Virus record (IMG/VR): IMGVR_UViG_3300029518_000026
Location: 1-13,272 of that record
DNA: 13,272 nucleotides
Source: a virus
Direction: 5' to 3' (one strand)
Shown here in pieces: positions 1-7,627 of this stretch; positions within the stretch are counted from its first letter, which is position 1, and each line of letters starts with the position of its first letter. Below the pieces are notes generated by a model. That model saw nothing but the letters and a program-made list of their open reading frames with translations. It was not told the origin of the DNA and ran no database searches. Made by a program: the position numbers and the translations under genes.

Positions 1-145
1 CGTAATAGCAGATTGCACAAAATTTTCTTCCCCAACGCCCCAATCTTTGTGCAAAATGTCAATAGACACAATATATAGTAGTTAGTCATTGCTAACATAC
101 CTCTAAGAAAAATCCCTCCCTCTGCACTCGGCAGGGGAGGGGAGT
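1..145. repeat. Left terminal inverted repeat (ITR), 145 bp
   Basis: Bases 1-145 are the reverse complement of 13128-13272. There are 10 mismatches, at left positions 38, 40, 41, 89, 100, 103, 105, 107, 108 and 137. The first 37 nt are identical, and similarity stops abruptly at 146/13127. Confidence 0.95.
104..141 (-). terminator. Intrinsic terminator of the late (structural) operon, embedded in the left ITR
   Basis: The stem has 11 bp: 114-120 pairs with 135-141 and 122-125 pairs with 131-134. T121 is bulged and the loop is 126-130. On the minus strand it is followed by AUUUUUCUU (113-104). It sits 16 nt downstream of the tailspike stop at 157. Confidence 0.6.
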
Positions 146-156
146 GGGTACGGATA

Positions 157-2319
157 TTACCTGCCCGGATAGTGTTTTAAAGTGCCGTTGTGCAAGTATG
201 TTAGTTCGGTATTAGCGGGTGTACCATCAAAGGCATTTGTGATACCTTTTGTAATAAAATTTCCTATAGCATTAGCCCCATCCCCGACAAACTGTACGCC
301 TATCATGGAATTCCCTAAGCCTATTAGCTGTAATCCGTTGACAGCACATGTCAGCCCATTACATTGGTTAAATTGTAACCCAAACAATCCGTTAGGAGTA
401 CAAGCTGCATAGGTATTACTGATGCTGACGCAGCCGGAGGAGGTTTTGTAAAACTGAATACCACCTTGCGAGCACCCATCAAATACGCAGTTCGATATTA
501 AAATATCGTTAAAGCGGTTGTTTCCTGTAGCACTCTCGCTCTCGAACACGACGCCATAACCACCGTTTGCCGATTCGCACGATAGTAAATAAATGTCGCT
601 CCCCGCGCCTATCACATCGAAAGCCGCCGAGTTAAAACTACTCTGTGTTGTATACGTATCACCGTAGGAACATCGCACAAAATACAAGGATGCATTGCCG
701 CCCGCTAGAATTGGGTTTCCTTCGTCGGTGCAGTGATAAGCTCTGAATCTATTGTCTCCGTTATGGTCTACAGACTGCACATAACAACGTTCATACACTG
801 TTGAGACATTTTTAGTGATGTAAAATCCACCCCCCGCATCGTTTGACATCGTCTTAACGAACAGGTGCCGGAAAGTTCCGTAGACTACCCCGTAAATCTT
901 TACAGGGAACTCCGCATCATGATTCTGAATTTCAATATTTTCCAGCGTTATGCAACGAGGAAAATTATTAACTACTCGGCCACTAATGTCTCCGACGATA
1001 ATACTAGAATTGTTATTCAAAATTATGAGCGCGCCGTTTCCTTCGTCAGAATATTCAGGGCCCACCATGGAAAAACCCGATTTGTTGATCGTGATATTTG
1101 TAGACACTGTATATGTCCGATTTGATAAGTGCACTTTATGCAAAGTGTTTATAGCACTCTGTAAATCAGGGAACCAATCTGCGGACCCGTCGGCATACTG
1201 TTTTGCAATAGTGACGGACGAACCCGCCTCAAAAATTTGTTTGTTTTTAGCCATAATAGGCCCGTTGATGGTGATAGTTCCGCCAATTACGCCGTCAATA
1301 TATACCGGAACGTTTTGTGCAGATTCAAAGCCCGACACTTTAAATGTGCCCTGTGGGATGTATAGTGGCAACCCCGAGGATTTTGCGGCGTTGAAAGCGG
1401 AGGTTTCATCAGTAGACCCGTCACCAACGGCTCCGTATGTTTTAACGTTTGCCCAGTTGACGGCTGATTTTAGCGCAGCGTCAATATTTTTTTGTAGTTT
1501 ATTATCCGCGTCCTTCCGGGCCTGTGTCTCATTGTCAATATCCGTCTGAAGCTGGGTGTCGGCGTCCTTCCGGGCCTGTGTCTCATTGTCAATATCCGTC
1601 TGAAGCTGGGTGTCGGCGTCCTTCCGGGCCTGTGTCTCATTGTCAATATCCGTCTGAAGCTGGGTGTCGGCGTCCTTCCGGGCCTGTGTCTCATTGTCAA
1701 TATCCGTCTGAAGCTGGGTGTCGGCGTCCTCTCTGGCCGTTTTTTCCGCGTCAATAGCTGTCTGAAGCTCCGTGTCTGCGCTCTCCCGGGCCGTTTTCTC
1801 TGCGCTCAAGCCCTCATTAAATGCATTGATAAGGTAGTGCAGAACTTCATTTGTGGAGCTGCTAACGCAGTTAGAGCCGGGCACGTAGGCATCACCGGCG
1901 ATCATCGCTCTTGTGACACGTACCAGCGCCCCGTTTACCCAGACAAGATCGTTGACCGCTCTATCCGCTGTCGCGGTGGGGCTATGCCCCTCATCGTTGG
2001 GAGTAATGGCCTTTTTGACATCGGCCCAAAGTTCATCGAAATTGCCAATTTTGGTCCAGAATTCTGTACGGTCCAGAGAAACGCCGGACGGCACCGGCTG
2101 TACAGAAAGATAGGCGTTACCGTTGCTGTCCACAACAACGGTATTAGCCTCGTACTGGCGTGTGATGTCCCATTGGATCGGGTTTGCGTACTTGATCGTG
2201 GCCAGGCTGACGAAATTCGTCAGTTTGGTGTTGAATTCGTTCAGCTCGTCCATAATCCAATCAAGATTGAGATCATGGAAATTGGTGTAGGGCGCTCTGT
2301 GAATAGGATTGATACTCAT
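157..2319 (-). CDS. Tailspike / tail appendage with pectate-lyase-like beta-helix (putative depolymerase; phi29 gp12 position)
   Basis: 720-aa ORF with SD AAGGAGA 8 nt upstream of the ATG. NVKTYGAVGDGSTDETSAFNAA (aa 291-312) matches the typical start of pectate-lyase-superfamily right-handed beta-helix domains. Aa 173-280 form an 18-aa repeat stalk. It is the last gene of the structural module. Confidence 0.8.
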   Translation of the reverse strand: MSINPIHRAPYTNFHDLNLDWIMDELNEFNTKLTNFVSLATIKYANPIQWDITRQYEANTVVVDSNGNAYLSVQPVPSGVSLDRTEFWTKIGNFDELWADVKKAITPNDEGHSPTATADRAVNDLVWVNGALVRVTRAMIAGDAYVPGSNCVSSSTNEVLHYLINAFNEGLSAEKTARESADTELQTAIDAEKTAREDADTQLQTDIDNETQARKDADTQLQTDIDNETQARKDADTQLQTDIDNETQARKDADTQLQTDIDNETQARKDADNKLQKNIDAALKSAVNWANVKTYGAVGDGSTDETSAFNAAKSSGLPLYIPQGTFKVSGFESAQNVPVYIDGVIGGTITINGPIMAKNKQIFEAGSSVTIAKQYADGSADWFPDLQSAINTLHKVHLSNRTYTVSTNITINKSGFSMVGPEYSDEGNGALIILNNNSSIIVGDISGRVVNNFPRCITLENIEIQNHDAEFPVKIYGVVYGTFRHLFVKTMSNDAGGGFYITKNVSTVYERCYVQSVDHNGDNRFRAYHCTDEGNPILAGGNASLYFVRCSYGDTYTTQSSFNSAAFDVIGAGSDIYLLSCESANGGYGVVFESESATGNNRFNDILISNCVFDGCSQGGIQFYKTSSGCVSISNTYAACTPNGLFGLQFNQCNGLTCAVNGLQLIGLGNSMIGVQFVGDGANAIGNFITKGITNAFDGTPANTELTYLHNGTLKHYPGR
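1480..1803 (-). repeat. Six tandem 54-nt (18-aa) repeats inside the tailspike gene; 1508-1730 is nucleotide-perfect (4.1 copies)
   Basis: The period of 54 nt was verified at 1508, 1562, 1616, 1670 and 1724. The encoded unit is NETQARKDADTQLQTDID, flanked by diverged copies (AEKTARESADTELQTAID, AEKTAREDADTQLQTDID, NETQARKDADNKLQKNID). Confidence 0.95.
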
Positions 2320-2332
2320 AAATTACATCTCC

Positions 2333-3022
2333 TTAATATACCAGCAAACAAAAGTTCGCCCGGATGTCCGTAACGATTTTATGGACTGCATTTTCCATTG
2401 CAAGGGACAACTCTTTGGCAATAAGGTCTTGCGGGTCTCGCCCTGCCCGGCCCTTCTCGGTCACGGTGTCTTTGTAGCCGTTGTGCAATTCGGATGTATT
2501 GTTATCGGTGGTTGTCTGATCGGTGGTGGTCGTATCCGTGCCGCTGCTGGTAATGGTGTTTCCAGTTCCAAGGGCCGTTGTACTCTTTTCAGCGGTTTGC
2601 AATGTTCCGCTGTCAAACCCCGTGACGTCCCGGGTGGTGCTGTCGCTGCCGGTATTCTGGCCGGTGGTGGTCAGGTTAGGCGCTCGGGTAGTTGTTCCCT
2701 TCACGCCGTTTGTGCGGTTGATTGTGCCGCCGCTGGTTCCTGCATGGTCGGTGGTTCTGATTCGGTCATCGGATGCCAAAGCATCGTATTTAAGGCCCAG
2801 CGCCTCGGCGTACCGGGTCCAGCTCGGAAGCATGGTTTCAGAATAGACGCCCAGCGCCCTGCGCATCGTGGGGCCATCCGCGTATAATACCTCCAATTCC
2901 AGCGTATCAAGCAGTAATTGATTGCAGACAGCGTCTTTAGAGACATTGTCAGGGACTTCCAAGTCGTCGAACAGTTTCGGGTATCTTGCCAACAGGCCGT
3001 TAAAGCTCAATGTTGCGTGCAT
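2333..3022 (-). CDS. Putative lower collar / head-tail adaptor protein (phi29 gp11 position)
   Basis: 229-aa ORF with SD GGAGGTGA upstream. It overlaps the portal gene end by 23 nt and lies directly after the portal gene, as gp11 does in phi29. The central ~100 aa are Thr/Gly/Ser/Asn-rich. The call rests on synteny only. Confidence 0.4.
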   Translation of the reverse strand: MHATLSFNGLLARYPKLFDDLEVPDNVSKDAVCNQLLLDTLELEVLYADGPTMRRALGVYSETMLPSWTRYAEALGLKYDALASDDRIRTTDHAGTSGGTINRTNGVKGTTTRAPNLTTTGQNTGSDSTTRDVTGFDSGTLQTAEKSTTALGTGNTITSSGTDTTTTDQTTTDNNTSELHNGYKDTVTEKGRAGRDPQDLIAKELSLAMENAVHKIVTDIRANFCLLVY

Positions 3023-3941
3023 CGTTGTTCACCTCCTGCGCTCCAGTATCGGGCGGAAAACGCCAATCAACCCATAAAGTAGATTTGTCAATTCCAAAGA
3101 GCTTGTGTACTCGCTCACACCCATGCTGCAAGCTGTCCAACCATAGCGACGCTTTGGCGGCTGTCTCAACGTTGTTAGAATTGACTTCGTCAGTCAGCAT
3201 CCGCTCTTTCTTGCTTGTGTTGGTGTTGGGGATGCCTACTTCAGTATCGAACAGGGCTTTAATGGTTTTAAGGGCTGTAAGCAATTCGTTGGTAATGAAG
3301 TTCCCTTTGAGGTCAGTTGCAAAATACATCCACGGGGCTTGCCCGGATGCCCCATTCTTGGGCGCTTTGAGCAAAGAGGAATCCACAAACACGGCGGGGT
3401 CACCCTGCATAATCGCGTCAAACATCTTTTTAAAAGATTCTGCACCCGCTTTGTTACCGGACGCAAACACGTAGGCAAGGCGGCTATTGATTAAATTGCT
3501 CTGGATGGTCTGGGCAGCAAGGGCCATCATATCCCCATAATAGGCCACAATATCAACCATACCCCGGTAATCGGGCTGCAAATTGATGATCTCGCACTGC
3601 TTTCCGATCTGTAAATATGGGGACCCTTTAATAAAAGGGTTTGCAATGATGGAGTGTGTCGGATTATAGAAAATGTTGATGCCGGTTAGTCCCATTCGGT
3701 CATATACGAGGCCATAACGGTCTGTATTAAACACCGTAACACCGCCGGAACCGAAAACAAGATACTGCAAGCGGTTACCGGGCCATGTTTCGGGCAATGT
3801 CCACCGTACCATTGACACGGCCTCAAGAAACAGGTATTTACGGAAATAATATGAAAGGCTATTTCCTTTTGTGTGCATTACGGAGGGCGTCACTGGGGAC
3901 ACATGAGCGTTGATTTGCTCATAGCTGTAGGGGGCGCTCAT
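3000..3941 (-). CDS. Portal / upper collar connector protein (phi29 gp10-like)
   Basis: 313 aa. GIPNTNTSKKERMLTDEVNSNNVE...CERVHKLFGI parallels phi29 gp10 [24 protein letters not shown]...CEKINELYGL (from memory). Size is similar (309 aa in phi29). The ATGA start/stop overlap with the upstream M23 gene suggests translational coupling. Confidence 0.85.
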   Translation of the reverse strand: MSAPYSYEQINAHVSPVTPSVMHTKGNSLSYYFRKYLFLEAVSMVRWTLPETWPGNRLQYLVFGSGGVTVFNTDRYGLVYDRMGLTGINIFYNPTHSIIANPFIKGSPYLQIGKQCEIINLQPDYRGMVDIVAYYGDMMALAAQTIQSNLINSRLAYVFASGNKAGAESFKKMFDAIMQGDPAVFVDSSLLKAPKNGASGQAPWMYFATDLKGNFITNELLTALKTIKALFDTEVGIPNTNTSKKERMLTDEVNSNNVETAAKASLWLDSLQHGCERVHKLFGIDKSTLWVDWRFPPDTGAQEVNNDARNIEL

Positions 3942-4477
3942 AACAGACGACCTCCTTTTGCCATTTTAAACAGTAACCACACCGGCAACTTACCGGTGGG
4001 CCACGGCCCGGGACCCGGGCCAGGGCCCCCGCCGGAATCCCATTCTACGTCCCATGTGCCGACCTGATTTGGGATTCTGATAATGCTGGACGGGTCCCTC
4101 AGGTTTCCGGCTGCATCGGCATACTCCCAGTGCGTGTGAATGCCCGTTGCGTTGCCGGTTTTGCCCTGCGTGCCGATAAACTGACCCTTGGAAATGGTGT
4201 CGCCCACGTTCCAAATTTGCGAGGCAAAGTGCGCGGCTCGCCAGGTGGTGCCGTCGGCCATCCGTACTTTGATCATGTTTCCCCACGACTGATCGCCCGA
4301 GGTGCTGCCATTCCAGTGCTGCGCCACGACCACAACGCCCGCCTCGGGCGCGTAGGCTTTGTGATTGCCGTGCACCGTGTCTATGCCCCGGTGGGGACTT
4401 CCGTCCGAGTACGCCGGATAACCGGCTGTCACTCTGATTGGCGACACGTCAGTAATACACTGTTTATAGACTGCCAT
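3938..4477 (-). CDS. Peptidase M23 (LytM-type) peptidoglycan endopeptidase, probably tail-associated lysin (phi29 gp13 C-domain analogue)
   Basis: 179 aa with the HxxxD motif (H29-RGI-D33) and the HxH motif (H114-T-H116). The C-terminus carries a GGGPGPGPGPWP linker followed by KLPVWLLFKMAKGGRLL. SD GGAGGC lies 7 nt upstream. Confidence 0.8.
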   Translation of the reverse strand: MAVYKQCITDVSPIRVTAGYPAYSDGSPHRGIDTVHGNHKAYAPEAGVVVVAQHWNGSTSGDQSWGNMIKVRMADGTTWRAAHFASQIWNVGDTISKGQFIGTQGKTGNATGIHTHWEYADAAGNLRDPSSIIRIPNQVGTWDVEWDSGGGPGPGPGPWPTGKLPVWLLFKMAKGGRLL

Positions 4478-4489
4478 TGTTTACGCCTC

Positions 4490-5893
4490 CTATTCATAGA
4501 AAAAACCATTCTTCATGTAACTTTTGACACTGTCAATTTCTTCTGCTGTTGCTGTTAGCGCAATGTCCGGATCGTCAACCATGATGTACCCCGGGATAGT
4601 GGATATTTGCACACGTTTGCACAAGGGTCTCCCATGGTCGGTATTGTTATCATCCGTAAGAATTTTAAAGCGCGCAACCATATAAGGCACCGAATCAAAA
4701 GCTATTGTGGACCCCGTTGCGCCCTTGCTCGCTACATCTGCATTAGTTGCCTGTGCAGCATTTAAAATACCGTTTCCGACGTCTGAGAAAGAACCCCCGG
4801 ATAATGCTGCCTGGATACCTCCGAACGCTGCCGCAATACCAGTATGCAGCAAGCCTCCGCTGCCCGACGGTATATCAAATGTAATATTGGAAAGTTGAAT
4901 AGGTACCCCAAGTTTGGCGGTTGTCTCGTGTACTAGCTGATTCGAATCGGTAAATATACGTAAGATACTGTCACCGGTGAAAAGGTCAACCATATATTGT
5001 ATAGATAAGGTGACAGCGCCCCACAGTTTAGATGCGTCAAGAGGTATCACTCCAAAGGGCTGCAAGAAGATAGTGTAGTCCGTGTAGGGGGAGGCATTAC
5101 AATACCCTCCGCGGCTTCCCGCTTGAGGGTGCTTCGGGATACTCACGCTCACCGATTTTGTTAATTTGTTATTGTCTTCTCCCAAAATCCAACATGGAAC
5201 GTCTATCGACCACCACCCGACATCTACACTTGAAACAAGCGGTAAATGTGCGGTGATTTTGGCGATGTCAAATGGAAAGTAATTGCAACTTACGATATAT
5301 TGATAGGGATTAAAAAGAACCTTTGTTAAACTGTCGCTAATTTCCGTATTGTCAATACTAAGGTATGACACATCAGTCAGCAATTTTGCAGATAGTTTTT
5401 TGGCATTTGTAGGGGTCATTACTGCATATGTAATAGCCCCAATGGAGTTTGCGGCTTTAGCTATAAACCCAATAACAAAGAATCCCCCGCTAATTGTTTC
5501 CGCAAAGCCACCTTGAAAAGCGGTTGTTACACTTTGCACTTTAGCCGATGCCGGGTAAAGTCCATCTGAAATTGTACCATCATACTGTGCCGACGATCTT
5601 GTGACATACTCCGTACTATTGCCGATCTGGTCACGGTAACTTGCCAGCGTGTCAACAGTCAGCGAGGCCGCCCAGAGACCGTTGGCATATGTCCAATTTT
5701 TAACCCAGTAATACCGGCTGAACGTGGGAAGGTAGCAATAATTGTACCCGGTGGGGTCGTTTTGTGTTGCAATCTTGATCTCGGGGTCAATGATGTTGCA
5801 AGGGGCTTTAAGGTCAATTCCGAACTCCTGCCCACCGTCGGGCCGCTTTGTGCTGTTTGTGCGCTTTGCAAACTGGTAAAAAATAGCTTGCAT
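4490..5893 (-). CDS. Tail knob / distal tube protein (phi29 gp9-like)
   Basis: 467 aa, immediately after the capsid gene. The N-terminal YYWVKNWTY...LTVDTLASY, the Gly/Ala-rich GSGGLLHTGIAAAFGGIQAALSGG and the C-terminal GYIMVDDPDI..TAEEIDSVKSYMKNGFF parallel gp9 features recalled from phi29. SD GGAGG lies 6 nt upstream. Confidence 0.6.
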   Translation of the reverse strand: MQAIFYQFAKRTNSTKRPDGGQEFGIDLKAPCNIIDPEIKIATQNDPTGYNYCYLPTFSRYYWVKNWTYANGLWAASLTVDTLASYRDQIGNSTEYVTRSSAQYDGTISDGLYPASAKVQSVTTAFQGGFAETISGGFFVIGFIAKAANSIGAITYAVMTPTNAKKLSAKLLTDVSYLSIDNTEISDSLTKVLFNPYQYIVSCNYFPFDIAKITAHLPLVSSVDVGWWSIDVPCWILGEDNNKLTKSVSVSIPKHPQAGSRGGYCNASPYTDYTIFLQPFGVIPLDASKLWGAVTLSIQYMVDLFTGDSILRIFTDSNQLVHETTAKLGVPIQLSNITFDIPSGSGGLLHTGIAAAFGGIQAALSGGSFSDVGNGILNAAQATNADVASKGATGSTIAFDSVPYMVARFKILTDDNNTDHGRPLCKRVQISTIPGYIMVDDPDIALTATAEEIDSVKSYMKNGFFYE

Positions 5894-5905
5894 TTTGCAC
5901 CTCCT

Positions 5906-5938
5906 ATAAAAATAACCGGCGGGCAGATGCCCGCCGGT
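5906..5938 (-). terminator. Intrinsic terminator/attenuator after the major capsid gene
   Basis: Perfect 10-bp GC-rich stem (5915-5924 pairs with 5929-5938) with a 4-nt loop. On the minus strand it is followed by UAUUUUUAU (5914-5906). It lies between the MCP stop (5944) and the tail knob SD. Confidence 0.75.
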
Positions 5939-5943
5939 GCCGG

Positions 5944-7218
5944 TCAGGACTTCGATGGGTCATCGTCCTTGTGCGTGGTGGTTTTCAGGGTAGGCGCTTT
6001 TGCCGCATCGGCAGCGCTCGGTGCAGTGACGTCCCCGGAGGTCATCAGGAACAGAACGGCGTTCTCGGTGAAGTCATCGTACCACGACCAACCGTAGTGG
6101 TACCAGAAATTCGTGTACAGGCCGCGGGCGTTCATGGGAGTTGGGACCACGCGGGACAGCTTCGGAGTGTATCCGATTGCATCCCAGTCCAGCAGGCAAC
6201 CGAACACATTGGTGAGCTTCACCGCGGCACTCTTGTAGGATGACCCGCTGGTGTTGGTCACAATAGGTGTCGCAGAGATGGTCTCGCGCTCGTTGATGTT
6301 CTGCCAGAATGTGACCTGTTCGGCGTCGCGGTATTTCAGCATGTTATCGTGGAACACCTCGGGAATCACGCGGGCGTCGATCTGGCTCTGCGTGCCACTG
6401 TACAGGTAGAGGTGCTGACGATCATACGGGGTGTGGCGCATGATGTTGTACGTCGTGTCACCGATCTTCCAGTTCTGATGCCAGTTGATGGTACGTTCCT
6501 TCATCAGGCGGGAAATGTCATTGATACGACCATAGGCGTATTTGGCAAACCCCGGGAAGTTTGCTTCTTTGTACACGTCCTGCACGGTCAGTTTTGTGCC
6601 CTGCTGGGCGTTGTACTCATCAAGCAGATAAATGACGCTTTTCGGGCTGGCCGTAGTCATGCCGGTCAGATGATTCGCCATCAGGTTATTGGCGAGGTTC
6701 CGTCTGTCTGCCTCGATCTGGTTCGACAGATGCAGCACGAACGAGGACCAGAATTGCGCCAGTTCCTCGGGGCCTTTGAACGCCGCTTCCATCTGGGTAT
6801 CAGCCTGCGTATACACGCGGCTGTAATTGGTCTGGCCATAGTAGTTAGTCTGAAGGACTTTAGGCTTGTGAACTTCGTACATATCCACGCTTTGGCCGTC
6901 CGTAAGTGCCCACGCCTTATCGGTGACGGGGTCAGTATCGCAGAAATTGATCTTCCGCACATGGTTCGACCAGTCGTCGCCCGTGACCTGCAAACGCTTC
7001 ATGGGGGCATCATAGGGACGGACGGCAAAGATAGTGCGGCCCAACACCTGGCTGATCGCTTTGGTGTAATTGTCGGGGCCGGTCTTCATCGTGGCCTGTG
7101 CAACAGAAACGAAACTGAATGTGTCCACGATGGGCGTCGTCGGTTCCTGACCGGTGGCCAGTTTGTTAATCTCTGTCAGAATTGCGGCAATGTCCGCAAA
7201 ATCCATACCAGCGGGCAT
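5944..7218 (-). CDS. Major capsid protein (phi29 gp8-like, HK97 fold)
   Basis: 424 aa. NARGLYTNFWYHYGWSWYDDFTENAVLFLMTSGDV parallels phi29 gp8 [33 protein letters not shown] (from memory). It follows the scaffold gene. Confidence 0.9.
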   Translation of the reverse strand: MPAGMDFADIAAILTEINKLATGQEPTTPIVDTFSFVSVAQATMKTGPDNYTKAISQVLGRTIFAVRPYDAPMKRLQVTGDDWSNHVRKINFCDTDPVTDKAWALTDGQSVDMYEVHKPKVLQTNYYGQTNYSRVYTQADTQMEAAFKGPEELAQFWSSFVLHLSNQIEADRRNLANNLMANHLTGMTTASPKSVIYLLDEYNAQQGTKLTVQDVYKEANFPGFAKYAYGRINDISRLMKERTINWHQNWKIGDTTYNIMRHTPYDRQHLYLYSGTQSQIDARVIPEVFHDNMLKYRDAEQVTFWQNINERETISATPIVTNTSGSSYKSAAVKLTNVFGCLLDWDAIGYTPKLSRVVPTPMNARGLYTNFWYHYGWSWYDDFTENAVLFLMTSGDVTAPSAADAAKAPTLKTTTHKDDDPSKS

Positions 7219-7219
7219 A

Positions 7220-7627
7220 TTACTTCACTTCCTTTCCATAAGTCGGGTCGATGATTCGGGCCGTCACCGTTGTGGCATCTGCCGCCGGCTGCTGCTGGAT
7301 GCCAAGGCCCAGCGCGTTTGCCTGCAACGTCTGGGTCATAGTCTGCATTGCTTGTGCGCTGGTCTGCTGGCCCTGCAAAATCTGCTGCAACAGGGTTTCA
7401 AGGCCATCATACTGCGGCGTGGGCTGCGGCACGGGCTGTGGCGTGGGCTGCGGCACGGGCTGCGGTGCGGGCTGCGGTGCGGGCTGCGGCGCGGGCTGCG
7501 GCGCGGGCTGCGGGACGGGCTGCGGGACGGGCTGCGGCGCGGGCTGCGGCACGGGCTGCTCCATAGCTTCGATCTCTGCTTTGGTGTATCCGGCCATAGC
7601 GAGGGCCGCTTTTTCACTGATTTTCAA
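7220..7627 (-). CDS. Putative scaffolding protein with (PxPQ)12 repeat (phi29 gp7 position)
   Basis: 135 aa, directly upstream of the MCP gene. The Q-rich C-terminal half is predicted helical. The start is TTG at 7627, with GGAGG 9 nt upstream. The alternative ATG at 7597 has no SD. Confidence 0.6.
   Translation of the reverse strand: MKISEKAALAMAGYTKAEIEAMEQPVPQPAPQPVPQPVPQPAPQPAPQPAPQPAPQPVPQPTPQPVPQPTPQYDGLETLLQQILQGQQTSAQAMQTMTQTLQANALGLGIQQQPAADATTVTARIIDPTYGKEVK
7412..7555 (-). repeat. 12 tandem copies of a 12-nt unit (gggctgcggnnc on plus) encoding PxPQ (x = V/A/T)
   Basis: Read directly from the sequence. It encodes aa 25-72 of the scaffold ORF (PVPQPAPQPVPQ...PTPQ). Confidence 0.95.

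Noticed and set aside
45-80. Possible inward-facing promoter inside the ITR (TTGTGC, 18-19 nt spacer, TATATA).
   Set aside because: The -35 match is weak and the spacing is suboptimal. At the left end it would drive antisense transcription of the tailspike gene. Much better promoters exist just inside the right ITR.
1508-1730. Possible CRISPR array, because of the regularly spaced identical 54-nt units.
   Set aside because: The units are directly adjacent with no unique spacers, lie in frame within a CDS, and no cas genes are present.
1470-1757. Repetitive ORFs (94 aa minus strand, 77 aa plus strand) made of repeated peptide blocks.
   Set aside because: They are alternative-frame or antisense readings of the 54-nt tandem repeat inside the tailspike gene. 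The tailspike frame continues through the repeat into recognisable domains on both sides.
4005-4021. Near-perfect GC palindrome ggcccggg-a-cccgggcc.
   Set aside because: It is explained by Gly-Pro codon alternation (GGN CCN) encoding the GPGPGPGP linker of the M23 protein. A 1-nt loop cannot form a hairpin.
6349-7254. 301-aa plus-strand ORF. Other long plus-strand ORFs fall in the same class: 950-1549, 1837-2373, 2309-2887, 3010-3474, 4130-4558, 7154-7675, 7251-7853, 9748-10296.
   Set aside because: All lie antisense to minus-strand genes that have clear homology or motifs. They lack SD sites and have Arg/Gly/Cys-rich shadow-frame composition. No plus-strand promoter or gene organisation supports them.
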